Shown here piece after piece: positions 48,940 through 59,497 of a stretch of 64,000 nucleotides of DNA. The notes below the pieces were generated by a model. That model made no database searches, was not told the DNA's origin, and saw only the letters and a list, made by a program, of their open reading frames with translations. The translations under genes and the position numbers were made by a program. Every line of letters starts with the position of its first letter. Within the stretch, counting starts at the first letter, position 1. The stretch is from the NCBI GenBank assembly GCA_039195235.1, contig JBCCVO010000001.1, positions 20,933-84,932 of the forward strand, given 5' to 3'. This DNA comes from Pseudomonadota bacterium (GTDB lineage Bacteria; Pseudomonadota; Alphaproteobacteria; Sphingomonadales; Sphingomonadaceae).

Positions 48940-49959
48940 ATGCCTGGCCCATTGCTCGATACTCTCAAAGGTCTGAAACAAGACATTCCTCCCGTTTGGC
49001 TAATGCGTCAGGCTGGGCGGTATCTTCCCGAATATCGCGAATTGCGTGCGGAGAAAGGTGGGTTCCTTGAACTTGTCTATGACAGCGAGGCCGCAGCCGA
49101 GATTACGGTGCAACCGATCCGCCGATTCGGATTCGATGGAGCGATCCTGTTTTCCGACATCCTGATCGTGCCGCATGCGATGGGGCAAGGGCTGGCCTTT
49201 ATGGCAGGCGAGGGGCCTAAACTGAGCCCGACCCTGCTTGAAGGCGCGCTCGCGGATTTCACTCCGGCGAAGGAGCGGTTTGACCCCATCTACGAGACGG
49301 TACGACAAACGCGTGCGCAGATCAGCGATGCCGTTACTATGCTGGGCTTTGCAGGATCCCCATGGACGGTCGCGACCTACATGATTGCGGGTGAAGGTTC
49401 AAAGGATCAGGGACCTGCGCGTCTGCTGGCCTACCGCGATCCGGCCCAGATGCAGGCGATCCTCGATGCGATAATCGGTGTGTCGATCGAATATCTGCGT
49501 GGTCAGATTGATGCAGGCGCGGAAGCTGTGCAATTGTTCGATAGCTGGGCTGGCAGCTTGGCCCCCGATGAATTTGAGCGCTGGGTGATAGCTCCTAACG
49601 CGATCATCACGGCCGCAATCAAGCAATCGCATCCCGATACGCCCGTGATTGGTTTTCCTAAAGGGGCGGGAGCCAAGCTCCCCGCCTATGCGCGCGAGAC
49701 AGGCGTCGATGCGGTCGGTCTGGACGAAACGCTCGACCCGGTCTGGGCGCATGCAAACCTGCCGGAGAACATGCCTGTGCAGGGCAATCTCGATCCTTTG
49801 CTGGTCGAAGCGGGCGGCCCAGCTCTGCCGAAACGTGTCCGTACGATTGTTGAGGCGTTCGAAGACCGTCCGCATATCTTCAATCTGGGCCATGGAATCG
49901 GGCAGTTCACGCCGATTGAGCATGTCGAACAATTGCTGACCGCGCTGCGGCAGAGGTAG
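48940..49959 (+). CDS. hemE: uroporphyrinogen decarboxylase
   Basis: WLMRQAGRYLPEY, ILFSDIL, QLFDSW, FNLGHG. Confidence 0.97.
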   Translation: MPGPLLDTLKGLKQDIPPVWLMRQAGRYLPEYRELRAEKGGFLELVYDSEAAAEITVQPIRRFGFDGAILFSDILIVPHAMGQGLAFMAGEGPKLSPTLLEGALADFTPAKERFDPIYETVRQTRAQISDAVTMLGFAGSPWTVATYMIAGEGSKDQGPARLLAYRDPAQMQAILDAIIGVSIEYLRGQIDAGAEAVQLFDSWAGSLAPDEFERWVIAPNAIITAAIKQSHPDTPVIGFPKGAGAKLPAYARETGVDAVGLDETLDPVWAHANLPENMPVQGNLDPLLVEAGGPALPKRVRTIVEAFEDRPHIFNLGHGIGQFTPIEHVEQLLTALRQR

Positions 49960-49969
49960 GCGACGCGTC

Positions 49970-50413
49970 ATGCAGGATGCGCTTCTCGCAATCTATCCCT
50001 GGCTGAAGATCGGCCATGTGGTCTTCATGGTCTTCTGGCTGGCCGGACTGTTCATGCTGCCGCGCCAGTGCATCTACATGCTCGATCACGCGCCAGGGTC
50101 TGAGGGTGAGGTAAAATGGGCTGTGCGGATGGGCAAGCTGCGCAAAATCATCCTATCACCCAGTCTGATCATTGTCTGGGTTCTGGGCTTGACGATTGCC
50201 TATTCCATCGATGCGTTTGCTCAAGGCTGGTTGCACGCGAAATTGGCGCTGGTGCTGGTTTTGACCGGCTATCATGGCTGGTTGGTTGGCCAGACCAAGA
50301 AAATGGCGCGCGGGGAGCGTCCTCTTACCGAAAAGCGCCTTCGTATGATCGGTGAGGTTCCCGGCCTGTTGCTCGTTCTGATCGTTGCGCTGGTCTATCT
50401 CAAACCGTTCTGA
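49970..50413 (+). CDS. hemJ: protoporphyrinogen oxidase HemJ
   Basis: WLKIGHVV, WLAGLFMLPR, GWLHAKL, GEVP; between hemE and rho. Confidence 0.88.
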   Translation: MQDALLAIYPWLKIGHVVFMVFWLAGLFMLPRQCIYMLDHAPGSEGEVKWAVRMGKLRKIILSPSLIIVWVLGLTIAYSIDAFAQGWLHAKLALVLVLTGYHGWLVGQTKKMARGERPLTEKRLRMIGEVPGLLLVLIVALVYLKPF

Positions 50414-50447
50414 TCCACGTTTTCGCATGCAATCCGCACATCTTTGA

Positions 50448-50637
50448 TTGACCTCGCCGCAAGGGAATCATATTTTGCTCGCATCAACTCGGCGATGGTA
50501 GCGCGCAACGCGGTGCCAAGTCTGCTTTCTCCAAGCCCAACCCTGCCGACTTTACTGTCCTTTCTAAGCAGGGTGCCTCATCTACAAGAGGTACTGACGA
50601 TCCGCCGGCCACCCTTTACCTTTCGGATAATTTCATA
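50448..50637 (+). promoter_or_regulatory. rho promoter and C-rich leader (possible Rho autoregulation)
   Basis: TTGACC-N17-TATTTT at 50448-50476, then about 155 nt C-rich, G-poor leader. Confidence 0.55.
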
Positions 50638-51903
50638 ATGCATCTCAAAGACCTAAAACAGAAAACCCCGGCCGAGCTGGTCAAGATGGCGGAAGAACTC
50701 GGCGTCGAAGGCGCATCGACCATGCGGCGTCAGGACCTGCTGTTCAGCATTCTGCGCGAACTCGCCGAAGACGAAGAATATGAAGAAAAGATCATGGGCA
50801 TCGGCACGATCGAAGTTCTGCAGGATGGCTTTGGCTTCTTGCGGTCCCCTGAGGCGAATTATCTCGCCGGTCCCGATGATATTTATGTTTCGCCCAACCA
50901 GATCCGCAAATGGGGTCTGCGCACCGGTGATACGGTTGAGGGTGAAATCCGCGCTCCCAAGGATGGCGAGCGCTATTTCGCGCTAACCATGCTGACAACG
51001 GTCAATTTCGAAGACCCCGACGCAGTGCGGATGCGCACCAATTTCGACAACTTGACGCCGCTCTATCCAGAGCAGAAGCTCAATCTCGATACGCTCGATC
51101 CTACGGTCAAAGACAAGTCCGCGCGGGTGATCGATATCATCTCGCCGCAGGGTAAGGGCCAGCGTGCTCTTATTGTCGCGCCGCCGCGCACGGGTAAGAC
51201 GGTGCTGCTGCAGAATATCGCTAAGGCAATCACCGACAATCACCCCGAGGTGTTCCTGCTGGTGTTGCTGGTCGACGAACGTCCTGAGGAAGTTACGGAC
51301 ATGCAACGCAGCGTGAAGGGTGAGGTAATCTCCTCAACCTTTGACGAACCGGCAAATCGCCACGTTCAAGTCGCTGAAATGGTAATTGAAAAAGCGAAAC
51401 GCCTGGTCGAGCACAAGAATGATGTGGTGATCCTGCTGGACTCAATCACTCGCCTTGGCCGTGCATACAACACTGTTGTTCCCAGCTCTGGCAAGGTGCT
51501 GACCGGAGGTGTTGATGCCAACGCCTTGCAACGTCCAAAGCGCTTCTTCGGCGCGGCACGCAATATTGAAGAGGGCGGCTCACTGTCCATCATCGCCACC
51601 GCACTGATCGACACTGGCAGCCGCATGGACGAGGTTATCTTCGAGGAATTCAAAGGCACCGGCAATTCGGAAATCGTGCTCGATCGCAAGGTTTCCGACA
51701 AACGCATCTTTCCGGCACTCGATGTCGGCAAGTCCGGCACGCGTAAGGAAGAGCTGCTGGTCGAGAAGGATAAGCTCTCGAAGATGTGGGTGCTGCGCCG
51801 TATCCTCATGCAGATGGGCACTGTCGATGCGATGGAGTTCCTACTCGACAAGATGAAGGATTCGAAAACCAACGAAGACTTTTTCGACACGATGAACCAG
51901 TAG
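50638..51903 (+). CDS. rho: transcription termination factor Rho
   Basis: [37 protein letters not shown]. Confidence 0.98.
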   Translation: MHLKDLKQKTPAELVKMAEELGVEGASTMRRQDLLFSILRELAEDEEYEEKIMGIGTIEVLQDGFGFLRSPEANYLAGPDDIYVSPNQIRKWGLRTGDTVEGEIRAPKDGERYFALTMLTTVNFEDPDAVRMRTNFDNLTPLYPEQKLNLDTLDPTVKDKSARVIDIISPQGKGQRALIVAPPRTGKTVLLQNIAKAITDNHPEVFLLVLLVDERPEEVTDMQRSVKGEVISSTFDEPANRHVQVAEMVIEKAKRLVEHKNDVVILLDSITRLGRAYNTVVPSSGKVLTGGVDANALQRPKRFFGAARNIEEGGSLSIIATALIDTGSRMDEVIFEEFKGTGNSEIVLDRKVSDKRIFPALDVGKSGTRKEELLVEKDKLSKMWVLRRILMQMGTVDAMEFLLDKMKDSKTNEDFFDTMNQ

Positions 51904-51916
51904 GATGGGCCAGGGT

Positions 51917-52309
51917 ATGCTCAGCCAACATCTTTATATCAGCACAGCACCCAGCCTTTCACGCGAGGAGGTTGACGCCATTCTCGCAAGCAGTGCACGT
52001 AACAACCCCGAAAACGGGATCACCGGGCTGCTGCTTTATAACGGTCGCAACTTTCTCCAGCTGCTTGAGGGCGAAGAGGATAGCCTGAAGGCACTGATGC
52101 TGCGGATTGCGAACGATCCTCGGCATACCGGTGTTTCGGTGCTGAGTCACAAGTCGATACAGCAACGTGTATGTCCCGATTGGGCGATGAAGCGGGTTCT
52201 GATTGCAGAATCAGTCGATTCACGACGTAAGATGCTTGAGGCGGATCTTCCGCAAGGATTGAGCGATGAAACTCGCAAGATCATCACGAACTTTGCGGTG
52301 TTGAACTAG
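51917..52309 (+). CDS. stand-alone BLUF blue-light sensor
   Basis: LYIS, ARNN, ITGLLLY, FLQLLEG, DPRH, WAM; alternative ATG at 51905. Confidence 0.9.
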   Translation: MLSQHLYISTAPSLSREEVDAILASSARNNPENGITGLLLYNGRNFLQLLEGEEDSLKALMLRIANDPRHTGVSVLSHKSIQQRVCPDWAMKRVLIAESVDSRRKMLEADLPQGLSDETRKIITNFAVLN

Positions 52310-52397
52310 CTAGGTCGGTATTCGCCACTCGAATTTAAGGCGTTAATATTTCAAGATTTAATCTTGAAGTACCGCTTCACAATTCTGTGCAAATGAC

Positions 52398-53096
52398 TCA
52401 ATTCAGATGCTCGTCAAAGAACGCCGCAGTGCGACTATCAGCCAGCGTGGCGGCTTCTTCATCGCGGCGCTTGCCGACCTCGGTTGCGAAGCCGTGGTCC
52501 AGACCCTCATAGTCGAACAGAGTTACGCAAGGGTGGTCGTCTAGCCCTGCATGCATCGCAGCCTGCGTTTCCTTGTCGACAAACCCGTCCTCGGTTGGGA
52601 TGTGGAGCAGGACCGGATTGGCGATGGCTTCCTTCTCGCCAAGCAGTCCATCGATGCCAACGCCATAATAGCCGACAGACGCATCAACACTAGTTCGTGC
52701 CGCGGTCATGAAAGCCAGCCTTCCGCCAAGGCAGTAGCCGACGCAGCCGACCTTTTGGATTCCGTAATGACCACGCAAGTGGTTTATGGCAGCCTGAATA
52801 TCTTCAATACCCTTATCCTGATCGAACTTTCCCATTAAATCAAGTGCTTGATGAAATTCGGGTTCGATATCCGGATCGAGTTCAACACCGGGCTCCAAGT
52901 GCCAGAACAGGTCGGGAGCAAGGGCGAGATAGCCATCAGCGGCCAGCTTATCGCACTTCTGGCGAATCCCGGGATTTACACCAAATATCTCCTGAATGAC
53001 GATGATAGCAGCCTTGGCATCGCCCTCCGGACGAGCAAAATAGGCGGAAAACTCACCGTCATAGGCGAGGGAGGGGATGCTAACGGTTTCAGACAT
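52398..53096 (-). CDS. dienelactone hydrolase family
   Basis: QEIFGVN, APDLFW, GYCLGG, HGF. Confidence 0.92.
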   Translation of the reverse strand: MSETVSIPSLAYDGEFSAYFARPEGDAKAAIIVIQEIFGVNPGIRQKCDKLAADGYLALAPDLFWHLEPGVELDPDIEPEFHQALDLMGKFDQDKGIEDIQAAINHLRGHYGIQKVGCVGYCLGGRLAFMTAARTSVDASVGYYGVGIDGLLGEKEAIANPVLLHIPTEDGFVDKETQAAMHAGLDDHPCVTLFDYEGLDHGFATEVGKRRDEEAATLADSRTAAFFDEHLN

Positions 53097-53238
53097 CGTG
53101 TGTGCGCTCCTGTCAGAATGGGACAAGTGTGTTAGGCGTGAAGGTCTATCCATTGCGTTTGGTGATTGCCAAACCCAAATACCATAAAGTGATAGCGGAG
53201 TGCGTTGATGAGCGCTGCGCATGACGGGAGTAGACCTT

Positions 53239-53514
53239 TTGAAGATCAACATCGAAATCGATTGCTCACCTGAAGAAGCGCGCAGCTTCATGGGTCTTCC
53301 CGACGTAAGCCAGGCGAACACCGTTTATGTCGACAATATTGCCAAGGCGATGAAGGGTGTGAGCAACCCTGATCAATTGCAGGAATATGCGCAGGCGCTG
53401 GCTCCGATGGGGCAGGTGGGGCTCAAGCTGTTCCAGAGTTTTGTCGAAGGCGGCATGCGCGCTGGCAGTGGCTCAAGCGGATCATCGTCGGACAAGGAAA
53501 AGTCGGACGACTGA
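53239..53514 (+). CDS. DUF6489-family protein
   Basis: KINIEIDCSPEEARSFMGLPDV; TTG start after GGGAG. Confidence 0.8.
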   Translation: MKINIEIDCSPEEARSFMGLPDVSQANTVYVDNIAKAMKGVSNPDQLQEYAQALAPMGQVGLKLFQSFVEGGMRAGSGSSGSSSDKEKSDD

Positions 53515-53544
53515 TTTCATCCACGATTGCTGAGTTGGCGTATA

Positions 53545-54828
53545 ATGGCGCATGAGGCGACCATCTTTGCCGTTTCGAGCGGTGCCGCGCCAGCTGCAAT
53601 CGGTGTCGTCCGAGTAAGCGGTCCAGACGCGGCAGGGGCGCTTCAGACCCTTACCGGCCGATCTTTCACTCCGCGGCGTGCGAGCCTTGCGAAACTGCGC
53701 GATATCTCGGGTGTTTTGCTCGATCAGGCCTTGGTCCTATGGTTTCCTGGTCCAAACACAGCGACAGGCGAGGATCTGGCGGAATTGCACTGCCATGGCG
53801 GGCGAGCTGTGCTGGCCGCTATTGAACTCGCTCTGAGCGAAATTGCCGGTTTGCGCTCAGCGGAACCAGGTGAGTTCACTCGGCGCGCTTTTGCCAATGG
53901 TCGAATTGATCTGGCTGAGGCGGAAGGTCTGGCCGATTTGCTGTCCGCCGAGACCGAGCTTCAGCGTGCATCGGCTATCGCCAATGCTAGCGGCGCAATG
54001 TCGGGGGCAGTGGAGGCCTGGCGCAGGGAATTGCTGAGGCTTTCCGCTCAAGTGGAGGCGGCTCTCGATTTCTCGGATGAGGACGACGTTACCGATTTGC
54101 CCGAAGGTTTCACAAGGAACATAGATCAGCTCGTTGAAGAACTTCACACCTGGCTTTCTCGCCCACGATCGGAGAAGTTGGGGGAGGGGTATCGGGTCGT
54201 GCTGGCTGGGCCACCGAATTCCGGAAAGTCGACACTTTTCAATGTATTGACTGAGAGTGAAGCGGCAATTACCTCGCCTATCGCGGGCACTACCAGAGAT
54301 GTGATCGAACGCTCTGTGGCAGTTGGTGGTGTGCCCTTTACCTTTGTGGATACGGCTGGGCTCCGGGAAAGCGAGGCTGATTCGATAGAAGCGATCGGTA
54401 TTGACCGCGCTAGAGATCAGCTGGATCGCGGCGATGTCGTCTTGTGGCTTGGTGACGAAGGTTCGGGGCCAGACGACGTGTGGGAAGTTTCAGCGCGGTG
54501 CGATGCACCCGATTTCGCAGAAAAACGTCATGCGAAGGCGGTTGTTTCCGCTGTCACAGGTGAGGGCATTGAGGATCTGAAGGCGGCCCTGATCGGCACG
54601 GCGCGCGGGGCGTTACCCAAGCCTGGGGAAGCGGCACTCAATGCGCGGCAGCATGCCCGCGTGGAGGAAGCCGTTGAAGCCCTTCGGTCTGCGCAGTCCC
54701 AATCGGATCTTCTGTTGGTCGGGGAAGAGCTTCGCCGCGCCCGAGTTGCCTTCGATCGCCTGATCGGCCGCGCAACAACGGAAGACATGCTTGACGCGCT
54801 TTTTGGACGCTTTTGCATCGGGAAATAG
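53545..54828 (+). CDS. mnmE: tRNA modification GTPase MnmE
   Basis: TGEDLAELHCHGG, PGEFTRRAF, GPPNSGKST, DTAG, terminal FCIGK. Confidence 0.97.
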   Translation: MAHEATIFAVSSGAAPAAIGVVRVSGPDAAGALQTLTGRSFTPRRASLAKLRDISGVLLDQALVLWFPGPNTATGEDLAELHCHGGRAVLAAIELALSEIAGLRSAEPGEFTRRAFANGRIDLAEAEGLADLLSAETELQRASAIANASGAMSGAVEAWRRELLRLSAQVEAALDFSDEDDVTDLPEGFTRNIDQLVEELHTWLSRPRSEKLGEGYRVVLAGPPNSGKSTLFNVLTESEAAITSPIAGTTRDVIERSVAVGGVPFTFVDTAGLRESEADSIEAIGIDRARDQLDRGDVVLWLGDEGSGPDDVWEVSARCDAPDFAEKRHAKAVVSAVTGEGIEDLKAALIGTARGALPKPGEAALNARQHARVEEAVEALRSAQSQSDLLLVGEELRRARVAFDRLIGRATTEDMLDALFGRFCIGK

Positions 54829-54849
54829 TCTAGAGGCGCTACAACATAG

Positions 54850-54865
54850 TGTTTCACGTGAAACA
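54850..54865. other. parS: parS site (perfect consensus)
   Basis: TGTTTCACGTGAAACA between mnmE and mnmG. Confidence 0.95.
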
Positions 54866-54927
54866 CCCCTAAAATCTGCGTAAGTCAGGCTTTGACGGAC
54901 CAGATGCCAACGCTTATCTGGCCGATT

Positions 54928-56793
54928 ATGCAATCGTTCGATGTTCTTGTAATCGGCGGCGGACATGCCGGGGTCGAAGCCGCTTGCGCGGCTGCGCGCA
55001 TGGGTGCGCGAACGGGTCTCGTAAGTTTCGATCTGGATGCGATCGGTGCGATGAGCTGCAATCCCGCGATCGGTGGCCTCGGGAAGGGTCATTTGGTGTG
55101 CGAGGTCGATGCGCTCGATGGAGTTCTGGGCCGGGCCGCCGATGCCGGTGCGATCCATTATCGCATGCTCAACCGTTCCAAGGGTAGTGCGGTGTGGGGT
55201 CCGCGGGTGCAAGCGGATCGTCAGTTGTTCAAGGCCTCAGTGCAGCGTCAGGTGCATGCGCAGGAAAACCTGAGCCTGATTGAAGGCGAGGCAGCTGCTC
55301 TGATCCTTCAGGGTGGAATGGTTGCGGGCCTTGAGCTTTCTGACGGAGCCAAGCTTCATGCACCGCGCGTCATTCTGTGTACCGGCACCTTCCTGGGTGG
55401 AGTGTTGTTTCGGGGCGAAGAACGCTTTGAAGGTGGGCGCATCGGCGAGAACGCAGCGACGCGCCTGGCAGAACAGCTTCGTGGGGTGGATCTGCCAATG
55501 GCGCGGCTCAAGACAGGTACGCCGCCGCGACTTGATGGTCGAACCATCGAATGGGCTGTGCTGCCCGAGCAGCACTCTGACGCGGACCAGTGGACAATGT
55601 CGCCGCTTACCACCGAGCGTTCCAATCCTCAGGTCTTTTGCGCTATTACGCGCACGACCCATGCCGCGCATGATGCGATCCGTGCCAACCTTCATCGCTC
55701 TCCATTGTTCTCCGGTGCGATCGATGCTGCGGGGCCACGGTATTGCCCCTCGATCGAGGACAAGATTCATCGATTCGGAGATCGGGATGGCCATCAGGTG
55801 TTTCTTGAGCCTGAGGGTCTGAACACTCATGTGGTCTATCCCAACGGTATCAGTACATCACTCCCGGTCGATGTGCAGCAAGAGATGCTTCGCGCAATGC
55901 CGGGCCTTGAACGGGTTGAAATGGTCGTGCCGGGCTATGCCGTTGAATACGATCACATTGATCCGCGAGCGCTGACTCCCGATCTGCAGCTTCGCGCTAT
56001 CCCCGGCCTCTATTGCGCGGGGCAGATCAATGGCACGACCGGTTACGAGGAGGCCGCCGCTCAAGGATTGGTTGCGGGCTTGGAGGCGGCCGCAGCAGTT
56101 CTCGGCAAAGAAGCGCCCAAACTTGACCGAGCCAACTCATATATCGCGGTGATGGTCGACGATCTTACTCTGCAAGGTGTGAGCGAACCTTATAGGATGC
56201 TCACGTCTAGGGCCGAGTATCGCCTCCGTCTGCGCGCAAACAATGCATCTTCGCGGCTGACGGGGTCGGCGATTGAAGCCGGCTGCGTGGGTGAGGAGCG
56301 TCGCGAGTGGTTTGAGCGCCGGGAAGCGGCGCGTGGACAATTGTCAGAGGCGTATGGCCGTTCTGTACACGCCCGCGAACTGGCTGATGCAGGGCTCCCG
56401 GTGCGGCGCGATGGTGGTGAGAAGCGCTTCTCCGAATGGTTGCGACATGATGGGCTCGACCTTGATACGCTTGCCCCGTGGCTAGGTGAGGCTGTGCCGC
56501 TTAACCCGCAGCTTGCTGCGGAAATGGCCGAGGATGCAGCTTATGCGCCCTATCTTGCCCGCCAGGATGCAGAGCTACGGGACTTGCGCGCAAGCGAGGA
56601 ACTGCCGTTGCGGTCAGACTTCCCCTATGGTGACGTGCCGGGTCTTTCCAACGAGATGGTTGAACGATTGAGCACCGCCGCGCCGACCACGTTGGCGGCG
56701 GCGGGGCGAGTGCCGGGTGTCACGCCGGCTGCGCTTTCTGCCTTGTTGGTCCATGCTCGCCAAGACGATGCTCGCCTGCAGGGCGTCGTGTGA
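54928..56793 (+). CDS. mnmG: tRNA uridine 5-carboxymethylaminomethyl modification enzyme MnmG (GidA)
   Basis: [50 protein letters not shown]. Confidence 0.97.
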   Translation: MQSFDVLVIGGGHAGVEAACAAARMGARTGLVSFDLDAIGAMSCNPAIGGLGKGHLVCEVDALDGVLGRAADAGAIHYRMLNRSKGSAVWGPRVQADRQLFKASVQRQVHAQENLSLIEGEAAALILQGGMVAGLELSDGAKLHAPRVILCTGTFLGGVLFRGEERFEGGRIGENAATRLAEQLRGVDLPMARLKTGTPPRLDGRTIEWAVLPEQHSDADQWTMSPLTTERSNPQVFCAITRTTHAAHDAIRANLHRSPLFSGAIDAAGPRYCPSIEDKIHRFGDRDGHQVFLEPEGLNTHVVYPNGISTSLPVDVQQEMLRAMPGLERVEMVVPGYAVEYDHIDPRALTPDLQLRAIPGLYCAGQINGTTGYEEAAAQGLVAGLEAAAAVLGKEAPKLDRANSYIAVMVDDLTLQGVSEPYRMLTSRAEYRLRLRANNASSRLTGSAIEAGCVGEERREWFERREAARGQLSEAYGRSVHARELADAGLPVRRDGGEKRFSEWLRHDGLDLDTLAPWLGEAVPLNPQLAAEMAEDAAYAPYLARQDAELRDLRASEELPLRSDFPYGDVPGLSNEMVERLSTAAPTTLAAAGRVPGVTPAALSALLVHARQDDARLQGVV

Positions 56794-56992
56794 ACGCTCA
56801 TCGATTGATTGAAACGGAACAGCAGGCTCGTGATTATGTCGCGCAATGGGGTGATGTTCCTGCTATGGAGCGTCTCGAGCGCTTCATCGATCTGCTTACT
56901 GCAGAAAATCAAAGACAAAATCTGATCAGCAAACCTTCGGAAGCGATGATCTGGCGGCGGCACCTGGCTGACAGTGCGCAATTGCTTGAGTA

Positions 56993-57008
56993 TGTTCCAC
57001 GCGAAACA
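56993..57008. other. parS: parS-like site inside rsmG
   Basis: TGTTCCACGCGAAACA. Confidence 0.7.
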
Positions 57009-57375
57009 CTGCGTGGGGGCCCTGGCACAGGCCGCTGGCTCGACCTTGGCACCGGAGCGGGTTTTCCTGGTATTGTAATTGCCGCTCTCTGCCCGCAAAT
57101 CGATACAGTTCTTGTGGAGTCTCGCGCACGCAGAGTGGAGTTCTTGCAGCGCTGTATTGACGAACTTGACCTTGAGCGATGCACTGTAATTGGAGAGCGT
57201 TTGGAGCGGATAGAGCCCTTTGAAAGCTGGGTCATTTCGGCACGAGCCTTTGCTCCGCTGGAAAAGCTCCTCCGCTTATCCGCACCCTTCTCCACAAAGG
57301 ACAGTCTCTACCTCTAGCCCAAAGGCCGCTCTGCAGCGCAAGAACTGGATGAGCTGAATCGGTCAATTCGGACGA

Positions 57376-57391
57376 TGTTCCACGTGGAACA
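57376..57391. other. parS: parS site inside the rsmG 3' end
   Basis: Perfect palindrome TGTTCCACGTGGAACA. Confidence 0.9.
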
Positions 57392-57490
57392 ATCATTGAC
57401 CGATCGCGATGCGGGTATCATCGTACGATCCTGACCCCGCAAAAGGCGCCACAAGCTTATGGGGCGCGCTAAGGAGGGATTAAGGCCGAT

Positions 57491-58267
57491 ATGCTGACAA
57501 TTGCCATTGCGAACCAGAAGGGCGGGGTGGGCAAGACTACAACCGCCATCAATATTGCCACTGCTATGGCTGCCACTGGTTGGCGCACTCTTCTGATCGA
57601 CCTTGATCCTCAGGGTAATGCGTCCACTGGCATGGGTGTGAGCGCGGATTCTCGCGGTCTTTCAAGCTATGACTTGCTTGTGGATGAGCGCCCGTTGGCC
57701 GACACCATTGTCGAAACCAGCATTCCGGGTCTCGATATCGTCCCAGCAACGCAGGACCTGAGCGGCGCTGAGGTCGAGTTGGTCTCCGTTGAAGAGCGGA
57801 CAGAGCGTCTCCGGCGGGCTTTGGCGAACCATCATGGGCACGAAATCTGCTTTATCGACTGCCCGCCTTCGCTCGGATTGCTGACTTTAAATGCGTTGTG
57901 CGGTGCGGATACGCTCCTGGTTCCGCTTCAATGTGAGTTTTTCGCGCTTGAGGGGCTCAGCCAGCTGCTTCAGACGGTGGAACGCGTGCAACAGCGCTTC
58001 AATCCCTCGCTCGATATCATCGGTGTCGCACTTACGATGTTCGATCGCCGGAACCGCCTGACTGACCAGGTGGCTGATGATGTGCGTGATTGTCTGGGCA
58101 GTCTGGTGTTTGACACTGTCATTCCGCGCAACGTCAGGCTGTCAGAGGCGCCGAGTCATGGCTTGCCTGCGCTCGTGTACGACCACTCCTGTGTTGGTAG
58201 TCGCGCCTATATTGCCTTGGCGCGAGAGCTGATCGGGCGCTTCCCCCCAGAAAGGAAGGCTGCGTGA
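57491..58267 (+). CDS. parA: chromosome partition ATPase ParA
   Basis: NQKGGVGKTT, DLDPQGNA, IDCPPSLG, IPRNVRLSEAPSHG. Confidence 0.96.
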   Translation: MLTIAIANQKGGVGKTTTAINIATAMAATGWRTLLIDLDPQGNASTGMGVSADSRGLSSYDLLVDERPLADTIVETSIPGLDIVPATQDLSGAEVELVSVEERTERLRRALANHHGHEICFIDCPPSLGLLTLNALCGADTLLVPLQCEFFALEGLSQLLQTVERVQQRFNPSLDIIGVALTMFDRRNRLTDQVADDVRDCLGSLVFDTVIPRNVRLSEAPSHGLPALVYDHSCVGSRAYIALARELIGRFPPERKAA

Positions 58268-59265
58268 GCAATAAGTCGACAGATCCTATCCGTTTTTCAG
58301 TACCGCAGCGCGGCCCTGCAGACAAAAAGAAGAAGCTGGGTAAGGGCCTAGGTGCGCTTTTGGGTGAGACCAAGCGAGAGGAACCACTGGTGCGATCCGG
58401 TGACGAGACTGCAACTGACCCAGCGCCATCTGTGGCCCCGCGCTCTGATTCTCCGCTGAAATCGCTCTCAATAGCGTCGATCGAACCGCTTCCTGGCAAC
58501 CCGCGCAAGCATTTTGACGAAGGCGCGCTAGATGAGCTCGCCGGGTCGATCGCCAAGCGCGGCGTGATTCAGCCGATTATTGTGCGTCCACAAGGTAATG
58601 GTCGATTCCAGCTGGTCGCTGGTGAACGCCGCTGGCGCGCGGCACAGCGTGCACGGCTGCATGAAATCCCTGCGCTTGTCCGCGATCTTGATGATCGCGA
58701 GGTGATGGCACTGGCGCTCATCGAGAACCTTCAGCGGGAAGACCTCAATCCGGTAGAAGAAGCGAGGGCTTATCAAAGGCTTGCTGACGATGAGGGCATG
58801 ACCCAGGCTGAAATCGCCCGAATGGTCGAAAAATCCCGTAGCCATGTCGCGAATATTCAACGTCTGCTCAACTTGCCCGAAAAGGTGCTCGATCTGGTTG
58901 AGGCTGGTCGCCTGTCTATGGGTCATGCCCGTGCTCTGATCGGTCAGGACGACGCCGCTACGCTCGCTCAGAGAGCGGTGAACGATAATCTATCGGTCCG
59001 CGAGATCGAAAAGCTCGTTCGCAAGGTTGCAAAGCAGGTCAACGGTCTTGCTGATGGCGGGGCAGGCGGCTCACCACAATCGGTTCGCGATGCGACGAGC
59101 GATGCCGATATCGCTGCGGTTCAGAGTCATCTGGAGGAATTCCTGGGCCTGCCGGTACGGATCAAGGCCGATTCGGACCCGCGATCGGGGGCAGTCACGA
59201 TTCGTTATCGGACGCTCGATCAGCTCGACCTTGTTTGTCAAAGATTGACCGGCGGCGATATTTAA
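58264..59265 (+). CDS. parB: chromosome partition protein ParB
   Basis: LGKGLGALL, NPRKHF, AGERRWRA, ALIENLQREDL, GHARAL. Confidence 0.96.
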   Translation: MSNKSTDPIRFSVPQRGPADKKKKLGKGLGALLGETKREEPLVRSGDETATDPAPSVAPRSDSPLKSLSIASIEPLPGNPRKHFDEGALDELAGSIAKRGVIQPIIVRPQGNGRFQLVAGERRWRAAQRARLHEIPALVRDLDDREVMALALIENLQREDLNPVEEARAYQRLADDEGMTQAEIARMVEKSRSHVANIQRLLNLPEKVLDLVEAGRLSMGHARALIGQDDAATLAQRAVNDNLSVREIEKLVRKVAKQVNGLADGGAGGSPQSVRDATSDADIAAVQSHLEEFLGLPVRIKADSDPRSGAVTIRYRTLDQLDLVCQRLTGGDI

Positions 59266-59497
59266 GACGAAATTAGGCAAGGGGGTTTCAGATAAAGTTC
59301 TGAAGAAAAGGAGTATTTTCCGTTTTCGTCGGAAAGTCCTACTCCACCATTAACCCTACTCACAAACGAAGCTTGAACTCGGGGTTCCTACTTAAGCGAG
59401 GCAATCGGGCAGCACTGTCCGGTTCAGCAGACGTTGCCGACCGACCAGTCCGGTGGCGACTGCAACGGGACAAAGACCACGCTTGGAAGGACCAATA

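Larger units (their letters stand above)
56790..57434 (+). pseudogene. rsmG: 16S rRNA m7G527 methyltransferase RsmG (GidB) interrupted by in-frame TAG at 57315-57317
   Basis: RHLADS, LDLGTGAGFPG, SARAF; frame continues after TAG as PKGRSAAQEL...MFHVEQSLTD...IIVRS to TGA at 57434. Confidence 0.85.

Noticed and set aside
57315-57317. Genome-wide TAG recoding or pyrrolysine
   Set aside because: TAG ends rho, hemE, mnmE, rpsI, pyrD and sufS at their normal C-termini; no pyl genes in the window
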